Of a DNA stretch of 64,000 nt, positions 1-13,029 are shown in pieces. A model generated the notes under the pieces. The model was not told the origin of the DNA. It ran no database searches and saw only the letters and a list, made by a program, of their open reading frames with translations. Source of the DNA: Eledone cirrhosa. Its lineage: Eukaryota. The stretch spans positions 93,806,001 through 93,870,000 of the forward strand of contig OZ024742.1 in assembly GCA_964016885.1 (NCBI GenBank). Direction: 5' to 3'. How positions within the stretch are numbered: position 1 is the stretch's first letter; each line of letters begins with the position of its first letter. Made by a program: the position numbers and the translations under genes.

Positions 1-1450
1 TGGTATTGGTAAATGTGGAGTCATTGTGATGAAGAGGGGTAGGTTGAGCAGAAGTAACGGGATCCAGATACCAACAGGTGAGATGATAAAGGAAATTGAC
101 TCTGAGGAAGGATACAAGTATTTGGGCGTTCTGGAGGCTGATGGCATAAAGAACAAAAAAATGAAGGAATTGTTAAGAACTGAATACATTCGGAGAGTAA
201 GGAGCGTATTGAAGTCACATCTGAACAGCAGAAATGCCATAAGCGCAGTAAATTCCCGAGCTGTGTCTATTATTAGGTACAGTGCGGGAATTCTGAGATG
301 GAATGTTGCTGAACAGAAAGAAATGGATAGGAAGACTAGGAAGCTATTGACTATCTACAACATGTTCCACAAGAGGAGTGATGTCGATAGACTCTACCTA
401 AGGAGATCTGAGGGTGGAAGAGGTCTTATCAGCATAGAGGACTGTGTTCAGATGGAGAAAAACAACCTATACAAATACGTGACCTATAGTAAGGAGCCAA
501 TGCTCAGAACTGTACTGAAGGAGGGGACAGTAGGCCAGCGGATGTCCAGGGAAGAAATAACATCAAGGAGGAAGAGCAGCCTTAAGGGAAAACCCCTTCA
601 TAGTACCTTCTTTGAGAAAACTGAATTTAGAGATCCACAGACATGGAACTGGTTGAGAAGAGGAGACCTCAAAAAGGCTACAGAAGGAATGCTAATGGCT
701 GCGCAGGAGCAGGCCCTCAAAACGAAGTGGTTGAAGCACCATATCTACAAGGAGGAGGCTAGCCCACTGTGCAGGATCTGTGGAGAGAGAGAGGAGACTG
801 TGGCTCACATTGTGTCCGAGTGTAAACACCTAGCCCAGACCCACTATAAGGGCTGGAGACACGATGTGATGGGCAGGGTGATCCACTGGCACCTGTGCAA
901 AGTAAACAATCTACCACATTCTGAGAAATGGTATGAGCATAGGCCAGAGGCGGTGATGGAGAACAATCAGGTGAAGGTGCTGTGGGATTTTAGGATACAG
1001 ACGGACAAAAAACTGGAACACAATATACCTGACCTGGTGGTTGTGGACAAAGAAAAAAGATCGTGCCTGATTGTGGATGTGGCCTGCCCGTTCGACACGA
1101 GAGTGCAAGAGAAGGAGAGGGAGAAAATTAACCGATACCAGGACCTAAAGTGGGAGGTGAAAAGGATTTGGAACTGCCATGAAGTCAAAGTGATCCCGAT
1201 TGTCATAGGCGCACTGGGGACTATCTCCAAAAGTTTCCAGGGATGGTTAAAGAAAATCGGCCCCTTCACGCTTTTTGGAACGCTTCAAAAGGCATGCTTG
1301 CTTGGAACAGCAAGAACCCTCCGATACGTCCTGAATATCTGAGGCTGCAGGTAGTGGCTTGATATTCAATCCAACGGACTTTCCAGTTAACCAACATCAA
1401 TGACTGAGATTCAAGGAATAACAATAACAATAATAATAATAATAATAATA
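1..1450 (+). mobile_element. Non-LTR retrotransposon, R4/Dong-like (RLE endonuclease), 3' part; ORF 26-1342
   Basis: RT end YKYLG, CCHC knuckle CRICGEREETVAHIVSEC, RHD, PDLVV..D..P.D, EKINRY (RLE nuclease motifs); short 3' UTR ending in (TAA)n. Confidence 0.93.
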
Positions 1451-1452
1451 AA

Positions 1453-1847
1453 AATGATCGTGCCTGATTGTAGATGTAGCCTGCCCATTTGACACGAGAG
1501 TGCAAGAAAAGGAGAGGGAGAAAATTAATCGATACCAGGACTTAAAGTGGGAGTTAAAATGGATTTGGAACTGCCATGAAATCAAGGCCGTCCCGATTGT
1601 CATAGGCGCACTAGGTACTATCTCAAAGAGTTTCCAAGGATGGTTAAAGAAGATTAGTCCAGTCCCGCTCTTTGGAACACTTCAAAAAGCATGCTTGCTG
1701 GGAACAGCAAGAACCCTCCGATACGTCCTGAATATGAGGCTGCAGGTAGCGGCTTGATATTCATTTCAACAAACTTTCCAGTTAAATAACATCAATGACT
1801 GAGACTCAAAGAATAATACTAATAATTATTTAATAATAATAATAATA
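1453..1847 (+). mobile_element. 5'-truncated second copy of the same Dong/R4-like element
   Basis: Closely similar to 1059-1420 (ORF 1500-1757 plus UTR); starts in and ends with (TAA)n. Confidence 0.92.
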
Positions 1848-1965
1848 TTGTTTCTACTTCTGGCACAAGGCCAGTAATTACCCAGTGCATTACTGGTGCT
1901 TTATTTTATTGACCCCGTAATGATGAAAGGCAAAGTTAACCTGGCGCGATTTGAACTCAGAACGT
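1848..1965 (-). mobile_element. tRNA-derived SINE family A, partial
   Basis: Reverse complement of the B box GAGTTCAAATC and the 3' part ...GGCCTTGTGCC...GTAGAAACAAT. Confidence 0.8.
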
Positions 1966-1967
1966 AA

Positions 1968-3470
1968 TAATTTCTTTATTGTCCACTCAAGCCAAAACAA
2001 ATGACTTCAATAAAATAGAAAGAATGGGATTAACATAAGCGTGAAAGAAGAGAAAGAAAACAGATAACAAATGAAAACAGATAACAAATAAAAACAAATT
2101 GTATAAAAATGTTGATAACATCAGAATTTCTTAATTGGGAGATATACCTCCGAGAGGTAATTGAGAAGCTCCACAGATTGGAAATCACCCCTATAACCCA
2201 GAGGACTATAGACAGATGCCTCTATCCCATTTATTCTCTCCATCCAAGAAGTGTATATTTAGAGTATGTATATTCATTACTAGGGTTGTTGGAGCCCTGG
2301 TAATGGGGGCAGAGGAGAAATGCATTCCCCTGTTAATTTTTTGTCATGTGCAAAAAACTCTTAAATGGTTGGCATCATCACGTAAAAGAGGACATCGTTG
2401 CTTTCTGCCCTCAATCAAAACACACAACTTCACCGTATCTTAAAGCTGAATAAGATCTGGGAACTTTTCCAGGTGCTTTGGCTTGACCTGGAGCAAGTCA
2501 GGTTCTACCAAATGCCCAGCTCTGGAAGGAGACCAGAAATCCTGATCATTACTGTTCTTCTCAAATAATCAAATAAGAGAGGGAAATTAATCATTGCTCC
2601 GATGGGAGACCATAGAAGGTTTTAGGGCAAGAGCCTTGCATTTGAAATTCCATGCCTCCGAACTGCCCTATGCTGGTGACGTACTCTATACCTGGCCATA
2701 CATCTTTCAAGGCTTTCTTAATTTGGACGTGTGGTACTGCTTCTGGGGCCTCTTGCTTTTGCTGACATGCAACGATACAACACCGCTTTTCTGGCACTTG
2801 CTGCCAATACTTCTGACTGGATTGCTGATTTTTCATTTCTCCACTCCATTTTCCCTGACTTGATTGTTTGTGCTAAGTATGAGTCTTTATTGAATAGGGG
2901 GATTCTGAAGAGCTTCGCTATTTTTGCAGTCGTTGGTATGATGGAATCATTATTACTGATGTTGTTTTTAATTATAGTAGTTTGGCTGTTGTTGGAGATG
3001 GTATAATTGTTTTCTGTTGTAGTGGTGGTGAAGGTTTGGTTGTTGTTTTTGTTGTTGGAGCTGTTACCATTGCTGTTGTTATTGGTAGTGATAGTATTGT
3101 TTTATTGTTGTGGTAGTGGTGAAGGATGGTGGAAATGGTGACGCTAACTCTCAGTGCTGTTATTGAAAACAGAAGGGGTGGGAACCTGGTGACAACTCTA
3201 TTCCCCTTCCCCCATGCTGTTCATTGTTTTTGTTTTGGCATCAAATCTTGTGTTGCCATGACAGAACAATGGAAAATCTCCGATAAAATAAATGTTTAAA
3301 TAAGACGTTGACCCTTAGGGCTAAAGTTTTAAGCATCGTACCTTTTGTAAATAGAAAGTATATGACCACATTCACAATGTTATAATTATTTTGCAACTTG
3401 ACGTGTTACAAAAAGAAAAAACATGTAACGTGTGCCAACGTTCTGGAACAAAATGATGGCCATCTAATGT
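1968..3470 (-). mobile_element. Possible decayed or internally deleted LINE (L1/Tx1 ORF1-like) remnant
   Basis: Minus strand ends in AATAAAGAAATTATT; broken N/T-rich then coding-like frames; no diagnostic motif recognised. Confidence 0.3.
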
Positions 3471-3498
3471 AAACAAATACCAAAATAGTAATGATGAT

Positions 3499-3679
3499 AA
3501 TTGTTTCTACGTTTGGCACAAGGCCAGCAATTACCCAGTACTTTACTGGTACTTTATTTTATCGACCCCGTAAGGATGAAATCAAAGTTAACCTCGGCGG
3601 GATTTGAACTCAGAATGGCAAGGGCCGTAACTCTATGCGTCAAAGCATGGCGTCCGAGCCTCTACCGATACTGCCAATC
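3499..3679 (-). mobile_element. SINE family A
   Basis: A box TGGCAGTATCGG and B box GAGTTCAAATCC on the minus strand, conserved body. Confidence 0.9.
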
Positions 3680-4014
3680 ATGATAATAATAATCGCTATA
3701 TCAATCTATTATTTATTTATAGTTGTTGTTGTTGCTGGTGGTGTTGATGATATTAAGGATGATGATTGTGATGATGAGAATGATGTTGATGAGGATGATG
3801 ATAATAATGACTGTTGTGGTAATGATGGTGATGGCAAGAAAGCGTGTTTGTTTAATGTTATTAAATAGTTTTAATAAAGCCAAGAAGTTTGATAGGAAAG
3901 GATAATTAAAAACAAACTAAAACACACTATTGAACATACTTAGTAAGAATACATTAATTAAATAAGCAAATAAGCTGTAAAAGCTATATTTTTATTTGAT
4001 GAATAGAAAGACAT

Positions 4015-4133
4015 ACTGTGTGTCTCTCTATGTGCGTTTATGTTATATGTGTGTATTTGTTTATATATGTGTGTGTGTATTTGTGTCTATGTGTGTGTAT
4101 GTGTATATATATGTATGTGTGTGTGTGATGTGG

Positions 4134-4177
<44 letters not shown>

Positions 4178-4239
4178 ATTTGTGTCTATGTGTGTGTATG
4201 TGTATATATACGTATGTGTGTGTGTGATGGGGATATGTG

Positions 4240-4333
<94 letters not shown>

Positions 4334-4335
4334 AT
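4015..4335. repeat. (TG)n/(TA)n compound microsatellite
   Basis: Directly visible. Confidence 0.95.
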
Positions 4336-4565
4336 GATCATTGGATTTTCTTAAAAGTATTGTGGCATTAACGGTTGTTTATATTAGTGAAGTCAGCTGA
4401 CAAATATCATTGAAAATATTGAAAATATAATCAATTATTATCGGATACAATGAAGAAGGTGAGATATTTTATTTGTGATTATTTATTTTGACATTTACAT
4501 TGCTCGAACATACTGGGTTGCTGGTTCTACTTCTGCCCAATTTCTTGCAATTATATGTCATAGAG

Positions 4566-4782
4566 CAGGCATGTCAAACTGAGGGTACCCCCCAAGGGCC
4601 ACGTGGGTCACATATGTGTTTTCTAAGGGCCACACAACTAATTTTGCACATTACAACTATTTTTTATTTATTTTATATTATGAAGATAAAACATGCTCGC
4701 GTTGTAAAAACCTTCATGCGGGTTTCCTGTGTACTTGTAAAGGGCTGCATGCAGCCCCTGGGCCACATTTTTGGCATGCCTG
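4566..4782. mobile_element. hAT-type MITE
   Basis: TIRs CAGGCATGTCAAA / TTTGGCATGCCTG; perfect 8-bp TSD TCATAGAG at 4558-4565 and 4783-4790. Confidence 0.9.
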
Positions 4783-5297
4783 TCATAGAGAACAATATAG
4801 GACACACATTGTGTACCATGTATATTTATGTATGTCTGCCATTCAAATATAATTGTCCCAGATGCTCAATAACAACATTGTAAAGTATCTTGGGCAGTAT
4901 CTTCTTTGTGGTCACCCTTTCTTCCTGAGCCTAAAAATGAAGGGTATATATGTTTCATGTCCTGTACTAAAATCATGATAGCCATAATTAGAATACTGAT
5001 TGGACAATTCTATTTAAACAAATGATTCTAAGTAGAATTAAATAGAACTAAACAATAATAACAAAAGCAATAGTAATAATACAAATTATTTCATGTGTCT
5101 TTCTTTAACACTTTTAAGACAAAACTAATGGGTTATTATTAATGGAATGATAAATATATATTTATATGTATATATCTATATAAAAACCTTCCATCCTAAT
5201 TTCATATAAGCATCTTTGTAAAGTTATATTATTCATTATATCAATAGTTCAGAAGGGGCTGTTTCTCAATGAAGATAACAACAACAATAATAGTAAG

Positions 5298-5897
5298 GGT
5301 TTCAATTTTGGGGGAGAGGAAAGTCGATTAAATCAACTCGAGTGTGTTACTAGTACTTTATTTGATCAAATTCGGAAGGATGAAAGGCAAAGCTAACCTC
5401 AGCGGGATTTGAACTTAGAAAGCCAAGAGCCATAACTCTATGCTATGAAGCATATTGTCTGATGCTCTACCGATACTGCCAATAATAATTGTTTCTACTT
5501 TTGGCACAAGGCCAGCAATTATCCCAGTGTATTACTGGTACTTTATTTTATCTAGTACTTTATTTTAAGTTAACCTCAGTGGGATTTGAACTCAGACCAT
5601 AAAGGACCGTAACTCTTTGCTGCAAAGCATGCCGTCACACCCTCTACCGATACTGCCAATCCACCGCCAATAATAATAATGGTTTCTTATTTAGGCACAA
5701 GGCCAGCAATTTTGCGTGAGGGGAAAGTCGATTAAGTGGACCCCAGTGCGTGACTGGTACTTTATTTTATCGACCCTGTAAGGATGAAAGACAAAGTTAA
5801 CCTCAGCGGGATTTGAACTCAGATCATAGAGGGCCGTAACTCTTTGCTGCAAAGCATGGCATCCGATCCTCTACCAATACTGCCAACCCACTGCCAA
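5298..5897 (-). mobile_element. Three head-to-tail SINE family A copies (about 5298-5482, 5487-5669, 5679-5897)
   Basis: Repeated A/B boxes and body, separated by short (AAT)n. Confidence 0.9.
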
Positions 5898-5907
5898 TAA
5901 TAATAAT

Positions 5908-6286
5908 AAGGGGAGATATGAAGAGAGAGACAGAGGGTTTGTTTTAGCCATGCAAGATCAAGCACTAAGCACTAAATCAATGAAGAAGTTACATGGACAA
6001 AGCAATAACGACAAATGTAGGTTGTGTAGATCAAAAGTGGAGACTGTAACATACATTGTAAGTGGCTGTACTTTGCTTGTGTAGAATGATTACAAAAGAC
6101 ACGACAACAAGTTGTGCTTGCACTTGCATTGAAGGAGAAATGGTATCACCATGAATTGGAGAGTATAATCAAGAATGACAAAGCAAAGAGAATGTGGGAT
6201 CTGACTGTACAAACAGAGCTATTGAAGACTGGAGACTTGACCTTGTCTTGATTGAAAAAGAGGAGAGAAAGTGCTGGATAATTGAT

Positions 6287-6317
<31 letters not shown>

Positions 6318-6369
6318 AGCAGCAGCAGCGGAGCAATAGAATAGCAGTAGTAGTAGTAGTAGTAGTAGC

Positions 6370-6424
<55 letters not shown>

Positions 6425-6690
6425 TCCCTGGGGATCAGAGAATTGAAGAGAAGGAATGGGAAAAGATAAAGAAATATTCAGAGTTGAGAGTAGAAACAGA
6501 TAGGTTGTGAAATGTGCCAGCAAAGATGATTGGTGTACAACCTAACATTTCCTGCCTGCAAAAATCAGCTTTTCTTGTCTCAGCCCATATCCTGCGAAAG
6601 GTACTGGCTACCCGAGTTCTTCAGTTTGCTTACATCTCTCTGGTGAAAACAGTGAGGCAAAAGTGAAATGATAATAATAACTATAATAAT
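5908..6690 (+). pseudogene. Degenerate Dong/R4-like LINE 3' fragment, divergent from the copy at 1-1450
   Basis: Fragments QDQAL, CRLCRSKVETVTYIVSGC, RHD, IIDV..IPGD; stops and frameshifts; flanked by (TAA)n; (GTA)n at 6287-6423. Confidence 0.8.
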
Positions 6691-6819
6691 AAATTTAATT
6701 TCTTTGTCACAACAAGGACAACTACAGTGACAATAATAGGAATAAGGGGCAAGAATGCTTCTCTATCTGGGACAACTGGTTGTGGTTCAGTAGTAAGTCT
6801 ACCTAAACTGGCCACATTA

Positions 6820-7140
6820 TTGGATTGGCGGTATCGGTAGAGGGTCGGACGCCATGCTTTGCAGCACAGTTACGTCCCTTTATGGACTGAGTTCAAATCC
6901 CGCTGAGGTTAACTTTGCCTTTCATCCTTATAGGGTCGATAAAATAAAGTACCAGTAATACAATTGGATAATTGCTGGCCTTGTGCCAAAAGTAGAAACA
7001 ATTATTAATAGTATGTAGTTCATAGATCTGAGTTCAAATCTCGCCGAGGTTAACTTTGCCTTTCATCTTTACGGGGTCGATAAAATAAAGTACCAGTAAT
7101 ATACTGGGTAATTGCTTGTGCCAAAAGTAGAAACAATTAT
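6820..7140 (+). mobile_element. SINE family A, full copy plus tandem 3' half
   Basis: A/B boxes at 6820-6900; the part from the B box onward is repeated at 7027-7140. Confidence 0.9.
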
Positions 7141-7168
7141 TAATAGTATGTAGTAACATTGCTACCAT

Positions 7169-7171
7169 GAC

Positions 7172-7202
<31 letters not shown>

Positions 7203-7217
7203 TCCACCACCACCACT

Positions 7218-7290
<73 letters not shown>
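7169..7290. repeat. (CTA)n microsatellite
   Basis: Directly visible. Confidence 0.95.
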
Positions 7291-7291
<1 letters not shown>

Positions 7292-9569
7292 GTTGTTGCT
7301 GCGGGTATTTTACTTTATATACTTCAGAAGAATGAAAGGGAAAGTAGTCCTCAGTGGGATTTGAAATCAGAAAGTAAAAATCTGAAACAAATCTCGTAAA
7401 AGATTTTGGCTGGCACTTTAGCGATTCTGCCAATCTCTATAATGATAATAATAATAACAACAACAACAACAGCAATTGAGATCAACTGATAAACCCTATT
7501 CTGTTTGGATAGGTTCTGTTATCTGTTTCTAAACTTTATATAGATCTGTGCCAAAATATTTGTGGATATGAAGCGTTAATGGTAAAGCCTGTAGAGGCAG
7601 ATCCTGCCATATTTTTATGGCCAGATAAAGGAATTCTAGTATTTCAATAACAATACAAATAGCCAACAGCAGTTCAGTTGGCAATGTCCATTCTTTCTCT
7701 CAATTCTCTCAGTACATATTTGGAACCAATTTTTGGCATATATATATATATATATATATATACATACATACACATAAAAATATATGTGTATGTATGTATG
7801 CATACATACAAATATACATACATGCATGTATATATATATCTGTGTGTGAGTCCAGCCCATGCCAGTATGGAAAGCTGACAATGATGATGATAATGCTGTT
7901 ATATATATATAAACAGACTTGTGCATATACATAGTTTTGCTTATGTAAGTGTGTGTGTGTGTCTGCATATGTATGCGTTCATGTGTTTGTGTGTGAGTGT
8001 GCATGTATCTGTGTGTGTGTGAGTGTACATGTATCTGTGTGTGTGTGAGTGTGCATGTATCTGTGTGTGTGCATGCACATGCATGCGTTGGATGTTGATC
8101 AAATGAAATAAAACATTTTGCCTTCCTTTTATCTTTTTCTGCTAACATGGGTTGGAAAGCTTTGCAAATTTTCATATTTTTGCATGAATTACTGGAGAAA
8201 ATGTTTCACGCTTGAATAAAAGCCTCTAGTATAATGGTCAAGTGCTCAGAGTTAAAATTAACAAGGTTGAATCTAATATTAGCAAGTTTTAGTTCTTACA
8301 ATTTGAAGTTCAAATCACACATAAGTTCCTTAACAAACATTTTTCGCTCCATGTGGTTTTACTATATAAGTAAAGTAAGTCAGCATGTGGTGAACTAGCT
8401 CAATTGTTATAGTCTGAGTTATAGTGTTTTTCCAGGCTCTGAAGTACAGCATAGTTTTCCATGTTGTGAGTTAAAGGAATGTGTTTTTCCATGATGTGAG
8501 TTACAGTCTATTTTTCTATGATGTGAATTAAGGTTTATTTTTTTCATGCTTACAAGGGTTTGATGAAGCCCAGATATTACACCAATTTCAATTTGTGTTA
8601 AGCAACTGAGAGTACAAGATGTCAAGCCATTCTAAAACTAACTCTGAACTGCTACTGGTATTCCTTTTCTACTGTGCAAATTGGAGCAAGGAAAAAGATG
8701 TGCTTTATTCAAGGACACAACATGTTACTCAGTCTAGGAATTGACCCCACAACCTTATTATCTTAAACCAACTGTCCCTGAACTTTCGCATATAATGAAA
8801 AGAATATCATTAGAGCATAGAATAAAACATCCTTCAGTGCTTGTTCTGCCTTTCTGCATTCTGAGTACTTCTGTGCCCTACTTTGATGGTAGACATAATT
8901 TGTTTCTTAGCTTAACTCCCTGCCCCACGTGGTGTTTAAATCTGTTCATCATTCAACTCTGTTGTAAGATTTCAGTCAGCTCTCTGATTTGTGAATATCT
9001 TTCTCTAGCACCCCACAACCAGTCTCAGATGACCTGGCTGTTTATGACAAGCGTTTAGTGTTTTATTGTTAGATTTCAATTTTGCCAGACAGTATGATAC
9101 ATTTCCTGTTCCTATGTAACATTTTTTAAAACTGCATAATTCAGTGATGCCATTACTGATCATATTTTAGCTTCAACAAATACACATATTCAATTGAAAT
9201 TTAAGCATCAATTTATCTCTTTTAACTATCAGTTAATCAACTAATTAAGATTATTCTCTCCAGTCAAACCCTCATCAATTTCTTCAAGTACTACTTGAAG
9301 AGAAAGGTGAAGGTAGAGAGAAGCATTGCCTTCTAGTGTGATTCATGAAAGCAGCAAGATTGACGAAGCTGAATTGTCTTACTTTTACTATGCCTTTCTT
9401 AGCAGGAGGAAAGAAACAGGGAGGGGCCACTTTCAATGCACTTGATGCAACATAGTAATTACGGTATTTATTTGGAGTAAGTAGGTCCCTGCTATTACCC
9501 TAGGGTATCGCCCCCTACCTATTGGGGTAATGTTCTTTGTGGGCTTTTATTATATTATATGTATTATTA

Positions 9570-9759
9570 AGGGCGGTGGATTGGCAGTATCGGTGGAGGG
9601 TCGTACACAATGCTTTCCAGCATAGTTACGTCCCTTTACAATCTAAGTTCAAATCCCGCCGAGGTTGACTTTGCCTTTCAACCTTATGGGGTCGATAAAA
9701 TAAAGTACCAATAATGTACTGGGTAAGTGCTGGCCTTGTGCCTAAAGTAGAAACAATTA
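9570..9759 (+). mobile_element. SINE family A with TSD
   Basis: Full length, GGGCGGTGG to GAAACAATT; TATATTATATGTATTATT on both sides. Confidence 0.92.
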
Positions 9760-11329
9760 TATTATATGTATTATTTTAACTATTTATTATCCCTATTGTT
9801 AAATCTAATAGCCTCTTTGTTGATTTCTGCTTCACATTACTCCATGTAAACCATAACTTGAGCTGGCCTTGAGCCTAAATTAGTAACAATTTCTATTATT
9901 GGTTTTGTTCCTAATGTTGTCATCGTTATTGTTGTTGTTATCATCTCCATCGTCATTGCTGTTGTTATTGCTATTGTTATTATTGTTGCCATTGTATCCT
10001 TACTTCTGCAAGACATGCATTTGTCACAATTTGTTAACTTTTATAATAATATGTTTCTATACTTTATTTCCAGCATACCAACAGAAAATGAAACCAATCT
10101 TTTTACTAGAATAATGAAATGATAATTAAACAGAACATGTTTTGTGAATTTAAATGTAAAATGGGACAGAATTCATCATGGAATATAAAAGATCTTAATT
10201 TACAAGATCAATCCAAATAAAATTTACATAAATAAGTTTGTAAAAATGTGCACACAAATGTCAGACAATTTGTGTTGTTGGACATGTTATGGAAAATATA
10301 CGTTTATTTTCAGGTTTTACAAGGTCATTTAGATAACATGATATAGGCATGTACATATATAGTCTCTATTTTTTCCTCTTTTAGAAAGTTAATGTAATAA
10401 TGTGTTGTAGTCAAATGTGTGCAAGAATATGAAATGTTTTCTGTAAAGAGAAAATGTACAAATAAACATGTATATTTAAACTGGTAGAAATTATTCTACC
10501 AGAGAATTTGTGGGCCAAAGAGAGCTTGCTATTAAGAGAGCCTACAGAGACATTAGTACAAAAGATAGCTCTACTAGCATTTGATTAACCAAAGATTTTG
10601 ATTGACTATCAAAATACAATGAAACTAAACTGTCATCTATATAAGATTGCTATGCTTTGTTTATAGATGGCACCTGAAAGTCAATAAGTAAAAACATTTA
10701 CAGCATATTAACTATATTTGATAAGGGGACTAAGCATGGTCGTCTAACAAGATTGCTTTGCAATCATAAGGACCTAGATTCATTGTATGGCATCTTGTGA
10801 TGAAAATTTGGCAAACAGAAACTGTATAGAAGCCATTGGATAGTCTGTACCTGTAATTCAAAGGGCCAGCCATTTTACACAGTGTCAGTCTGATTTTGTA
10901 GTTGTTATTACTGATGTAATTGCAGATTGCTGTTTTTGTAATAGCTCTTGTCAGTGAGAAATCCAATCTTTTTAATAGGTGTTTTATCATTTCTTGAGTA
11001 TTCCTTGAGAATAATTTAAATGTGTATGGAAAGATTCAATTTGATAAATAGACACTTATGTACAAACATACTTGTACATGTGACCATGCACATGCAATGG
11101 ACATACCTAGGCACCAACATACAGACACATCACATATTGGAAAAAACAACAACATCAGATTGTGAAAGATTGATCAATAAATAAAGACAGATAGAAAGAA
11201 ATAGATAGGGAAATGTAGTTATGTGGATAGAGAAATCCATCGATATATATAATGGAATAGATAAATGAGTTGCTTAATACAGCATAATGAACAGCCAGAC
11301 AGGCATATAGAATCATAAATAGACAGGTG

Positions 11330-12005
11330 AATGGATGGAGAGGTGGCTATAAGGCTGAATTGATAGTTGGATGAATGGTTGGATAGATGAATGGAGGAAT
11401 GGATAATTGGATAGATGGTTGGATGGCTGGGTGAAGGTTTGGATGGATTGATGGAATGTTGGATGGATAGTTAGATGGGGGGATGGATGGGGGTAGATAC
11501 AGGAGGATAGATAGCTAGGTGGTAGATGAACGGGTAGAAAGACAACAGGATGGATGGTTTCAATTGATGACTAGATAGATGAAGGGGTGGATGGATGGTA
11601 AGGTAGATAGATGAATAGATAGATGCATGAATGGATTGCTTGACAGATAAATAGGTGGAAGGATTGATGGATGTTTGAATGGATGGATCGATGGTTGTAT
11701 AGAGGGATGGATTGATAGACGGAGGGATGAATGGTTGGATGAAAGGATGGATGGCTAGATGGAAAGATGAATAAATAAATTAATGACTAGATGAATGGAT
11801 GGATAGGACATGGATAATGGATTGATGGATGGTTGGATGGATAGATATGTAGAAGCATTGATGGATTGTTGTATATGTTGACAGTTTTTTCAATATATAG
11901 AGATATATTTAGATTGATAGATGTATAGAAATAGACATAGATAGGTTGGATATTGAAACATAGATATATGAAGAAGCAGTGAAAGATGGATAGATGAACA
12001 GATAG
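11330..12005. repeat. Degenerate (GGAT/AGAT)n tetranucleotide satellite
   Basis: Directly visible. Confidence 0.9.
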
Positions 12006-12192
12006 AAAGTTGAAGTGACTAGTTGTTAGAATTTTAACCATATATTCATCTATTTTTTTATTTTCAATTAAAATCTAGAGAAACTTTCAAAGAAGTTGCA
12101 TCAAGGAATTTCTTTTACATTAGTTATTTTTCATCAATCATTTTTAACAGTGTTGTGCATAAGGTTTTCTTCATTTAAATTGTCCCCATATC

Positions 12193-12286
<94 letters not shown>

Positions 12287-12321
12287 ATGTATATATGTAT
12301 ATACATATATATATAATATAT

Positions 12322-12369
<48 letters not shown>

Positions 12370-12370
<1 letters not shown>

Positions 12371-12589
12371 GAAGGAAATGTGGTAAGGAACCAGGTGGAC
12401 CATAATGCACCAAATTACTCAATACTTAAGGTAGTAGAGTGGGTAATAGGAACGAGTAGGACCCCGACGGCTGAGCTCAAGCCGTTTCAACGACTAATTC
12501 TGGACTAAAAAAAAAATTTTTTTTATTTTAGTCCAGAATTAGCCAGTGTAACGGCTTGAGTTCAGCTGTCGGGTCCTACTCGTTTCTAT
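12370..12589 (-). mobile_element. Short fold-back element (IR 12446-12589 plus tail) in (TA)n; same family as 34570-34772
   Basis: Imperfect palindrome; shares GGACCCCGACGGCTGA and TATTACCCACTCT with the 34.6 kb copy. Confidence 0.75.
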
Positions 12590-12637
12590 ATATATATATA
12601 TGTATATATATGTACATATATATACATATATATATAC

Positions 12638-12990
12638 ATAAAGAATGAATAATAACAGGTAGACATCATAAAAAAGGTAATTTATTCCGTGTGCTTACAG
12701 TGGTCACAGTATTTGATATTTGAGTTCTGCAAATAGTTGAAAATTTGCACATAGCATAACTAGGCTGTATTACCACCGTGGAAACATTTGTAAGCACACG
12801 GAATAAATTACCTTTTTTATGATGTCTACCTGTTATTATTCATTCTTTATCTACACTCCGGAATACAGAAGGATCAGGAACTAAGTTTCTTCAACAATTC
12901 TTCCATAACTCGTTGAGTAACCTCTCACCGTACGTCAACCATATCCAGTGTAGTAATTAACCATTACTACATCTAGGATAATCCTATACC
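12638..12990 (+). mobile_element. PLE-type fold-back remnant in (TA)n with the 3' half of an HHR
   Basis: Arms 12638-12699 and 12789-12850; GAAAC-ATTT-GTA at 12781-12792; AATAAA; unique tail. Confidence 0.7.
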
Positions 12991-13029
12991 TAATATATAT
13001 ATACATATATATATATATCTATATATATA

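Noticed and set aside
9570-9665. tRNA genes
   Set aside because: The A/B boxes belong to SINE heads and there is no complete cloverleaf.
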